From NCBI GenBank assembly GCA_016700015.1, contig CP064995.1, forward strand, positions 930,001 to 962,000: a stretch of 32,000 nt of DNA, written 5' to 3'. Below, in pieces: positions 1-6,254 of the stretch. The stretch is from Candidatus Saccharimonadota bacterium (GTDB lineage Bacteria > Patescibacteriota > Saccharimonadia > Saccharimonadales > Saccharimonadaceae). Below the pieces are notes generated by a model. That model made no database searches. It was not told the origin of the DNA and saw nothing but the letters and a program-made list of their open reading frames with translations. The position numbers were made by a program, and so were the translations under genes. Position 1 is the stretch's first letter; every line of letters begins with the position of its first letter.

Positions 1-2
1 GC

Positions 3-101
3 GAAGCAGAGAAGGAAAAGATACTCGCTGATTTACTGGAGTATTGCGGGTTGGATACGTTGGCGATGGTCGAGATATATCGGAGATTACGTGAACAATG
101 A
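3..101 (+). CDS. 3' end of a CDS entering from upstream (partial); the tail resembles DUF2779-type nuclease-family C-termini
   Basis: Frame 3 is open from the window edge: EAEKEKILADLLEYCGLDTLAMVEIYRRLREQ*. The stop TGA (99-101) overlaps the next ATG (98-100) as ATGA. The family call rests only on my memory of the 'YCxLDTLAMV' tail, and only 32 aa are visible. Confidence 0.35.
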   Translation, partial: EAEKEKILADLLEYCGLDTLAMVEIYRRLREQ

Positions 102-706
102 GAGTAGCATGCCCTAGCTGTGGTTCGACAAACACGTGTCGCATTCAGTATGGCATGCCTGATTTCACCGAGAAGCTTGAGCGAGATGTTGAAGCCGGAA
201 AAGTTCACTTAGGCGGGTGTGTCGTATTAGGAGGTGACCCGAATCGTTACTGTAACAACTGCGAAATAGACTTCGATACCAATGCTACAAGTATTTATCT
301 CGACATCGACGGCGTGCTACTCGCAAATGAAAAAACCGCCGCTAATTATGCCAATGAATTCATTCAGACTGTTTTAGATCGGTATCCGTATACGACTTAC
401 TGGCTCACCACCCACTGCTGGAGGGGCGAGAATAACGCTAAGGAAGTTCTGAGCCCTTATCTGAGACCAGACATACTCCCACTACTCGATAAGATAAAGC
501 CGACCGAGTGGGGAGAAGAAAAGACTGACGCTATAGACTTCAGTAAGCCGTTTAAATGGTTTGATGACGACCTGTACGAAAAGGAGCTAGCGGTGCTTGC
601 GGAAAATAATGCACTTGAGAGCTGGGTAGAGATTGATTTATCTAAGGATCCTGACCAGCTCGCGCAGAGTATCTGTGACCTACAGAACGAGGCGTGGGCA
701 AAATGA
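98..706 (+). CDS. Zn-ribbon plus HAD-superfamily phosphatase-like protein
   Basis: 202 aa. The N-terminus has CPSCG...CNNC (a four-Cys zinc ribbon). It is followed by HAD motif I 'YLDIDGVLL' (DxDGV), 'WLTTHC' (motif II-like Thr) and an acidic 'WFDDD' near the C-terminus. ATGA overlaps occur at both ends (98-101 and 703-706). Confidence 0.6.
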   Translation: MRVACPSCGSTNTCRIQYGMPDFTEKLERDVEAGKVHLGGCVVLGGDPNRYCNNCEIDFDTNATSIYLDIDGVLLANEKTAANYANEFIQTVLDRYPYTTYWLTTHCWRGENNAKEVLSPYLRPDILPLLDKIKPTEWGEEKTDAIDFSKPFKWFDDDLYEKELAVLAENNALESWVEIDLSKDPDQLAQSICDLQNEAWAK

Positions 707-1194
707 AGAAACGAATCACGGATGACTACCTTGCGATTATCGACGGAGAGCCAAGTTTGCGCCAAGACCTATGGTTTTATATTCAGGTAGGTAAGATCGT
801 AGGTCAGGTCAACTCGATCGAGATGTACATAAATGGCGTCATCGCGAGTTACTACAGTAGGCAGGATATTGATTCCCAAGAAAGGTTGAAGAGGGATATC
901 GTCCAACCTATGACGCTTGACACTAAAATAGGTCTCGTGAAAAAGATAGCTATAAATCTCAGGCTTGGATTCTCGCGTCAGAATAAAAGTGATTTGTACA
1001 GATGGAAGGACATCAGGAACGTTGTAGCCCATGGAGTTCCTTTGCATGTATCTAGGCCGGACGACCCGATCGAACTCGTGTTGGTGTATAACAATGACTT
1101 CTATGACGTAGGTGTGCTCACTGAGGAGTTCTACGAAAGGCAGAATAGATTAACGAGCTACCTGACCTCCATCCAGGAGTCTATAGAAGATTAA
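703..1194 (+). CDS. HEPN-like protein (Rx4H motif, MtlR/DUF4145-like layout)
   Basis: The ORF track starts at GTG 694. I prefer ATG 703 because it forms an ATGA overlap with the upstream stop. '...KIGLVKKIAINLRLGF...DLYRWKDIRNVVAHG' contains R-N-V-V-A-H, which is the Rx4-6H HEPN signature, in the helix context typical of MtlR-like HEPN proteins. Confidence 0.55.
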   Translation: MKKRITDDYLAIIDGEPSLRQDLWFYIQVGKIVGQVNSIEMYINGVIASYYSRQDIDSQERLKRDIVQPMTLDTKIGLVKKIAINLRLGFSRQNKSDLYRWKDIRNVVAHGVPLHVSRPDDPIELVLVYNNDFYDVGVLTEEFYERQNRLTSYLTSIQESIED

Positions 1195-1324
1195 TCTTAG
1201 ATAGGCGAAAAGTTCACTTATCGTTTCTGGGGTGGCAAAATGGATCAATGTATGAAATGCCGTGCTCCTTCGTGAATATGTCAGCGATATATCACTATAT
1301 GTTATTGCGCGGAGGTTGAGCACG

Positions 1325-1353
1325 TTGTAATTGATAGCTTACGACTCTATAAT
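1325..1353 (+). promoter_or_regulatory. Sigma70-type promoter abutting ATG 1360 (leaderless)
   Basis: TTGTAA (1325-1330), a 17-nt spacer, then TATAAT (1348-1353). Only 6 nt (gagctt) separate the -10 from ATG 1360, and there is no SD. Confidence 0.55.
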
Positions 1354-1359
1354 GAGCTT

Positions 1360-1809
1360 ATGAGCAAGGGAAGCCCAGAGGATAAACGAAAACACCTGGA
1401 GATGATCCAGGCTGTTATATCGCGTATGGGCTCGAATTCATTTCTATTTAAGGGGTGGTCAATAACCATTATCGCCGCAGTTTCTGCGTTCGCAGGCAAG
1501 GAGAGCGACCACACTTTGATGCTCATTCCTGTCGTTTCAACACTTTTATTTTGGGCTATTGATGCTTATTATCTTATGAATGAAAGGGCATTTCGTAAGT
1601 TATACGAGAAAGTAGCGGCGACCGACCCAAGTGACATAGACTTCGCCATGACTCCCGCAAAAGAATATATCGGTTTCAAAAACTGGCTGAAGACGCTAAA
1701 GACCACGATTCTTAGTCTATTTTACGGTGTCGTGCTCATGTTATTGATATTCTTAATCTTCGCAATAAATAACATAAGCTTGGAGGTGTTGATACACTAT
1801 GGTGCGTAA
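1360..1809 (+). CDS. Small 3-TM membrane protein (candidate effector partner of the TIR-like gene; possibly SLATT-like)
   Basis: 149 aa. It has an N-terminal amphipathic helix (KRKHLEMIQAVISRMGSN) and three hydrophobic spans: ~WSITIIAAVSAFAG, ~LMLIPVVSTLLFWAIDAYYLM and ~ILSLFYGVVLMLLIFLIFAI. It overlaps the downstream TIR-like gene by 11 nt. Confidence 0.6.
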   Translation: MSKGSPEDKRKHLEMIQAVISRMGSNSFLFKGWSITIIAAVSAFAGKESDHTLMLIPVVSTLLFWAIDAYYLMNERAFRKLYEKVAATDPSDIDFAMTPAKEYIGFKNWLKTLKTTILSLFYGVVLMLLIFLIFAINNISLEVLIHYGA

Positions 1810-2290
1810 GGTATTTTTTAGTTTTCACTACAAACCAGATAATTGGCGTGCAGCACAGGTACGCAGTATCGGCGTAGTCGAAGGTAATAACCCTGTTTCT
1901 GATAACGACTGGGAGGACATCGCAGATGGTGGTGACGATGCAATTGAAAAATGGATAAACGACCAGATGTCTGGAAAAAGCTGCGCAGTAGTCTTGGTTG
2001 GGTCAAACACCGCTAATAGAAAATGGATAGACCATGAAATCAAGAAAGCTTGGAATGACGGCAAGGGAGTCGTCGGGGTGTATATCCATAACCTTAAGAA
2101 TAGTGCGGGCGATCAGTCGACAAAAGGCGCAAATCCATTCTCCGGTTTTAATATAGATGGCGTCGCCCTAGACTCGATTGTTAAGGCTTACGATCCGCCC
2201 TATACGACGAGCACTAACGTCTATGACCATATCAAAAACAACATCGAAGATTGGGTTGAAGAGGCGATAGAGATCAGGGGCAGGTACTAG
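1799..2290 (+). CDS. TIR-like domain protein (DUF1863 / ThsB-type)
   Basis: 163 aa. 'KVFFSFHYKPDNWRAAQV...' followed by 'CAVVLVGSNTANRKWIDHEIKKAWNDGKGVVGVYIHNL' matches the remembered PF08937 (MTH538 TIR-like) pattern, including the conserved Glu in 'WIDHEI'. An SD (GGAGGT, 1782-1787) lies inside the upstream gene. Confidence 0.75.
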   Translation: MVRKVFFSFHYKPDNWRAAQVRSIGVVEGNNPVSDNDWEDIADGGDDAIEKWINDQMSGKSCAVVLVGSNTANRKWIDHEIKKAWNDGKGVVGVYIHNLKNSAGDQSTKGANPFSGFNIDGVALDSIVKAYDPPYTTSTNVYDHIKNNIEDWVEEAIEIRGRY

Positions 2291-2765
2291 ACGTTCCAAG
2301 TGCGATTGTCTCGACCTGTAGGTTGGGATTATCTTTCCGTAGTATCATATATGGTCCGCCCGGTATCTTTCGTCCAATAATTTTACCTTCTCGTATCTGT
2401 TTTCGAATCGTGTGTACACTTACACCTAATTTCATTGCGAGGGTGGTGTCTGGTATAGATTTCTTGTGCCGCCAGTCGCCACAAAGCGACCCAGGTATCT
2501 TGCGTTTATTCACTGCATCCTGGCAATTCCTACATTTAAAGCCCCATTTATCAAACCATCCGTCCGTTTTATCCCATACACTCATGCCGCACAGCCCACA
2601 ATCTCGACCTTCACCTGCCATAGCGAATCCATTAGGTTCGTCTTTGAGTCGTGCAAAACGAGCCTTTTCCTTCTGGTCAATTTGTATCAAAATGTCCATA
2701 AAATCAACCAATCTTTGCCGCTCTTCCTCCGTGAATTCGTGCGGTTTTTGTTCCACTTTTGCCAT
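2274..2765 (-). CDS. Zn-finger plus helix-turn-helix DNA-binding protein (excisionase/MerR-like HTH)
   Basis: The start is taken at ATG 2765 (MAKVEQK...), preceded by AAGGAAGG 7 nt upstream; the longer 2918 start in the track has no such support. It has CGLCG...CRNC cysteines and a C-terminal 'LAMKLGVSVHTIRKQIREGKIIGRKIPG' HTH. Its 3' end overlaps the TIR-like gene's 3' end by 17 bp. Confidence 0.6.
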   Translation of the reverse strand: MAKVEQKPHEFTEEERQRLVDFMDILIQIDQKEKARFARLKDEPNGFAMAGEGRDCGLCGMSVWDKTDGWFDKWGFKCRNCQDAVNKRKIPGSLCGDWRHKKSIPDTTLAMKLGVSVHTIRKQIREGKIIGRKIPGGPYMILRKDNPNLQVETIALGTSSTCP

Positions 2766-2927
2766 ATTACTACCTTCCTTTTTCGCCTTATGAGACACTT
2801 TTGATTCTATACTTTTTGTGTCCCATTTGTAGCGTACAACCCCCGTAAACGAGTTCGCGACAGGTATGGGGAGCCAGGCATAAGCACTTTGCGCGAGCAA
2901 GGTGTTTTTGTTTTGCAAGGGATGCCC

Positions 2928-2933
2928 TATACT
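2928..2933 (+). promoter_or_regulatory. -10 box abutting ATG 2941 (leaderless)
   Basis: TATACT, then 7 nt (tccttat), then ATG 2941. No SD. Confidence 0.4.
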
Positions 2934-2940
2934 TCCTTAT

Positions 2941-3480
2941 ATGATTGAAGCGCGCGCATTTAAGATAGATATTGACTCTATAAGGTCCTTCCTCATCCAT
3001 GACGGTGCCGTGCTAAAAGGAAAGTATGAAATCATTGATACGATATATGCCAAAAAAGATGCGTCGGTCAGTCTCGGCGATGAATTTCTTCGACTTCGAG
3101 TAATGCCAAAAAATATTTGGGATGAGAAAGACGTGATAGTGTCAATTAAGCAAACGACACCGCGTAATATTGGTAAGGTGTCTGCGATTCCCGCCAGAGT
3201 GGAATTTGATAGCGAGGAAGATGCGGTAAAGTATGTTAATGATATCCATCTTAGCGAATATCAAAAGGACTTCACTTTCTCACGGGTGGGGTGGCAGTAT
3301 CTTCTGTCAAAAGGTGATGTTGTTGATCTTGAGATTATCGCGCCAGACTATACGAGCGTGGAGATAAAGTCCGATACGGATGATGGTATAGCAAAACTTG
3401 CAAAACAACTTGGAATCGATAGCGCATCATTTATAAGGGGGCCATCGGTTGTCGAAATAAAGAAGCTTTTGTTTTCTTGA
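2941..3480 (+). CDS. CYTH-like protein (class IV adenylate cyclase / triphosphate tunnel family), divergent N-terminal motif
   Basis: The start is taken at ATG 2941 (MIEARAFKIDID...). The layout follows CyaB/CYTH proteins: MIE-x-R-x-FK, DTIY, LRLRV, VEFDSEEDA, VDLEI, VEIKSD, then a C-terminal 'LAKQLGI...S..EIKKLL'. The canonical ExExK motif reads EARAFK here. Confidence 0.5.
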   Translation: MIEARAFKIDIDSIRSFLIHDGAVLKGKYEIIDTIYAKKDASVSLGDEFLRLRVMPKNIWDEKDVIVSIKQTTPRNIGKVSAIPARVEFDSEEDAVKYVNDIHLSEYQKDFTFSRVGWQYLLSKGDVVDLEIIAPDYTSVEIKSDTDDGIAKLAKQLGIDSASFIRGPSVVEIKKLLFS

Positions 3481-3506
3481 TTGTTGCAAGCTGCATCTGC
3501 TAGTGG

Positions 3507-3622
3507 GAGCCAAAAATAATAATCACTGAAGAGGTGATTTTTATTTTTGGCCAAATTTTTGATGAGTATCTATTTGAATTATGCAACTTATTTAATCCGT
3601 TCAGGGACTATCCTTTCAAGTT
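3507..3622 (+). repeat. Copy 1 of a ~116-bp direct repeat flanking the GNAT gene
   Basis: It aligns by eye with 4593-4709. Shared blocks are gagccaaaa-taa-aatca, ggtgatttttattttt, tctatttgaattatgcaacttattt and actatcctttcaagtt. The centre has diverged. Confidence 0.8.
3510..3550 (+). terminator. AT-rich hairpin inside repeat copy 1, candidate terminator of the CYTH-like gene
   Basis: ccaaaaataataatcac (3510-3526), loop tgaagag, then gtgatttttatttttgg (3534-3550). This is a 17-bp stem with one mismatch and a T-rich 3' arm. Confidence 0.5.
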
Positions 3623-3965
3623 CCCGAACGCTTCGTAGCATGTTCAGGACTTCAAGCTATACGAAAACAAGGTGTTTTGTCGTAGGATACTTCGAAAACT
3701 AGGACTTGAGCCGGTATTTCTACATGCAGACATTAGTAAAATTTTCAGTTAATTAGTGGCGATGCAAGGAAATTATCTGTGGAATGAATCACATACTCCA
3801 CTGGGTATGATAAGACAGCCATGCTTGCAGGTCACCTACGTGATGGATACCATTGATTTATATGAGTGAGAATTTAGTAACACGTGAGGTGGTTAGTCAG
3901 CGACGCGCAGCGGAGCTCGAAATCATCGCGGCAGCTTATTAGTGAGGGTCGCTTAACGGTACCTG

Positions 3966-4448
3966 CTATGCGCGTGGCGGTTCGTTGCTATTGATTAGCT
4001 TGATATATTCAGTGCAGTAGGGAGCGAAACCATATTTTTCATGGATTGACGCGGAAGGCCTGTTATTACTATAGATATTGGCTTTAACACGATCGACCTT
4101 CATGATGTCGCTTGCCCACGCTACAGCCTCTCGCATGAGAGTAGCACCAATACCCTGATTTCGAAACTTTGGGTCAACATATAAAGCCTCAAGTGTGCAT
4201 TCACGGTTGTGCGATGATAGATAATCTAAAACTGTAACAAAACTGTACTGGTATCCTACAATTTCTTTGTCTACAACCGCAATGATAACGCGGGCATCTG
4301 GGTTAGAGAGTTCGTTTGCATAGTGCCTATATGATTTATCATAATTAAAAATGAGTTCTGGTTCGTATGCTTTTGATTCATTTTGCAGCATCTCGCCCAT
4401 CTCAATAATAGTGGGTAGGTGGCTCGGGGTTGCTTCGATAATATCCAT
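3966..4448 (-). CDS. GNAT family N-acetyltransferase
   Basis: Motif A 'LYVDPKFRNQGIGATLMREAVAWA' and a C-terminal 'IHEKYGF'. I prefer ATG 4448 (MDIIEATP...) to the TTG at 4469 used by the track. Confidence 0.85.
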   Translation of the reverse strand: MDIIEATPSHLPTIIEMGEMLQNESKAYEPELIFNYDKSYRHYANELSNPDARVIIAVVDKEIVGYQYSFVTVLDYLSSHNRECTLEALYVDPKFRNQGIGATLMREAVAWASDIMKVDRVKANIYSNNRPSASIHEKYGFAPYCTEYIKLINSNEPPRA

Positions 4449-4454
4449 GGTAGT

Positions 4455-4460
4455 AATATA
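4455..4460 (-). promoter_or_regulatory. -10 box abutting the GNAT ATG (leaderless)
   Basis: On the minus strand: TATATT, then 6 nt (actacc), then ATG 4448. Confidence 0.35.
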
Positions 4461-4592
4461 GTAGCCCAATAAGCGTACTAGCTCAATAAATTATTATGAA
4501 CGATGATATTAAAATATAGACACAAAATGAGTTGTTGTGAGATCTAGTTCAACTGGCAATTGAGAATTTTTCTGAAGCTCGTCTAATAACGT

Positions 4593-4709
4593 GAGCCAAA
4601 ATAAGAATCATCGAATAGGTGATTTTTATTTTTGTCTAACCTCTCGTGCGAGTGTCTATTTGAATTATGCAAACTTATTTCATCTAGTATGAAACTATCC
4701 TTTCAAGTT
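4593..4709 (+). repeat. Copy 2 of the ~116-bp direct repeat
   Basis: See copy 1. It contains the equivalent imperfect hairpin (ccaaaataagaatcatc ... ggtgatttttatttttg) and the TATCCTTTCAAGT block. Confidence 0.8.
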
Positions 4710-4854
4710 TCTATCTAGATCTTTTCCGCACTATCTGTGTCGGCTTCTATAATCACTTCGTTTTGCCTATCACTTTTGTAGCGCCCTCTCGTCCAGTAGT
4801 GAATATCATCAAGGAGAGGAAATATTCTTTCAAGTACGGCCATACTATCCAAAA

Positions 4855-4863
4855 TGTTACAAT
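4855..4863 (+). promoter_or_regulatory. Extended -10 promoter abutting ATG 4870 (leaderless)
   Basis: TGtTACAAT, then 6 nt (acgact), then ATG. Confidence 0.5.
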
Positions 4864-4869
4864 ACGACT

Positions 4870-5621
4870 ATGCAAAAGATACTTATCACTGGGGGGTCGG
4901 GCGGGATTGGTTACGCGTTAGCGCGGGTCGCTGCAGCGCATGGTCATGACATCGTCCTCGCGGCACGGAATGTCGAGCATCTCGCGCTCGCTCAGCAAAC
5001 ACTGCAAAAAGACCACAAGATAAGTGTTGACATTAAACAAGCGGATTTATCAAAACCGGGCGCAGCACGAAAACTTTACGACGAGCTAAAGAGTGACGGT
5101 ATCGAGATACTCGTCAACAATGCCGGCTTTGGATTGGTCGGTGATTTTTTCAAAGAAGACATCGCCGATAACATAGACATGGTGCAACTAAACGCCCAGG
5201 CATTAATGGAACTGACGCACTATTTTGGTAATGATTTCATAAAGAAAAAGCGAGGGAAGATCCTGAATGTTGCGTCAGTCGCAGCATTTGTGCCCGGCCC
5301 GAAACAACCGGTGTACTATGCGACAAAGGCTTTTGTGAGAAGCTTCTCGCGAGCACTTGCTCTATGGCACCTCACGGCGTGACGGTGACAAACCTCAACC
5401 CCGGTGCGACAAAGACGAACTTTTTTGTGCGGGCAAAGGTGGGCACAAAAGAACGTGGCGTCTCCGCTGATGCGGTCGCTGAGGCGGCGTATGCAGCGAT
5501 GATGAGCGGAAAGTCAGAGATCACCTATGGATTCACAAACAAGATCCTTACTAACTTCCTCGTGAGGATTGCACCCTACCGCGTGCAAGCAGCACTAATC
5601 GACAAGAACTCTGAAGTATAG
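4870..5621 (+). pseudogene. Short-chain dehydrogenase/reductase (SDR) interrupted by a frameshift
   Basis: ORF 4870-5382 carries TGGSGGIG, NNAG and YYATK. ORF 5364-5621, in another frame, continues with APHGVTVTNLNPGATKTNF, the expected SDR continuation. The frames switch at ~5361-5366 ('gct cta tg gca'), where the usual 'EL' of 'ALALELAPHG' is missing. Confidence 0.75.
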
Positions 5622-5649
5622 TTGAAGTTGACCAATGAGATAGGGGTTC

Positions 5650-5658
5650 TGCTACTAT
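5650..5658 (+). promoter_or_regulatory. Extended -10 promoter abutting ATG 5665 (leaderless)
   Basis: TGcTACTAT, then 6 nt (atagcc), then ATG. Confidence 0.5.
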
Positions 5659-5664
5659 ATAGCC

Positions 5665-6177
5665 ATGCCCTCAACACTCATTATCATTCGCGGAAATTCG
5701 GGGAGCGGGAAGACGACTGTCGCCAAAGAACTGCGCAGTAGAATTGGTGACGGTTTGAGCGACAACACCCTGCTTGTCCAGCAAGATGTGCTGCGACGTG
5801 ACATGCTGCGAGAGCGCGATATGCTAGAGAAACGCTCGGTGATTGAGCTAATCGAATTGGTGGTAGAGTTCGGCCGTAGACAAGGGAGAACTGTGATACT
5901 CGAAGGGATACTTGCTACAAAAAAGTATGGTCCAATGCTTCAACAATTAGCCAGTCAGTTTGATGAAGCACATGTGTACTACCTCGACATACCGTTTGAT
6001 GAAACGCTGCGAAGGCACGCCACTAAACCAAATGCCCACGAATTTGGAGAAAAAGAAATGCGCGAATGGTGGAACGAGAAGGACTACCTACACATAGATG
6101 GCGAGAAGCTACTCGATAAATCTAAGAGTGTCGAAGATATCACTACTCAAATTATCGCTGATGTTGGTAATGCGTAG
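5665..6177 (+). CDS. P-loop kinase-like protein (AAA_33-type)
   Basis: Walker A 'GNSGSGKTTVAKEL' at the N-terminus. It is 170 aa, the size and layout of small nucleotide/antibiotic-kinase-like P-loop proteins. Confidence 0.7.
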   Translation: MPSTLIIIRGNSGSGKTTVAKELRSRIGDGLSDNTLLVQQDVLRRDMLRERDMLEKRSVIELIELVVEFGRRQGRTVILEGILATKKYGPMLQQLASQFDEAHVYYLDIPFDETLRRHATKPNAHEFGEKEMREWWNEKDYLHIDGEKLLDKSKSVEDITTQIIADVGNA

Positions 6178-6239
6178 CGGCTGCAGGGCGAGTTAGTGCA
6201 CCACATGGGATCGGGCAGGTATAAGCGCCAAATTGTTTA

Positions 6240-6248
6240 TGCTATGAT
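6240..6248 (+). promoter_or_regulatory. Extended -10 promoter abutting ATG 6255 (leaderless)
   Basis: TGcTATGAT, then 6 nt (gaagct), then ATG. Confidence 0.5.
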
Positions 6249-6254
6249 GAAGCT

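Noticed and set aside
457-765. 102-aa minus-strand ORF, and similar antisense or alternative-frame ORFs in the track: 769-1047, 1818-2064, 2323-2804, 6408-6698, 8638-9069, 10233-11211, 11650-12080, 15002-15373, 17074-17505, 20742-21137, 21634-22194, 24630-25206, 25379-25787 and 30406-30740.
   Set aside because: Each lies wholly inside, or antisense to, a gene with clear family motifs. They have biased Arg/Ser/Cys-rich or low-complexity composition and lack an SD or a leaderless-type promoter. They are shadow ORFs.
3778-3793. 9/10 CRP-like sites: TGTGGaatgaaTCACA (3778-3793) and TATGAcgaataTCACA (6254-6269, overlapping the heliorhodopsin start).
   Set aside because: One-mismatch versions are expected about once by chance in 32 kb, and their positions relative to promoters are not convincing. 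They are worth re-scoring only if a genome-wide PWM is built.
3507-4709. The repeats flanking GNAT as integron attC sites around a gene cassette.
   Set aside because: There is no intI-like integrase in the window. I could not find the RYYYAAC / GTTRRRY core pairs at the repeat ends, and only a single cassette-like unit is present. The region is kept as an unexplained direct repeat instead.
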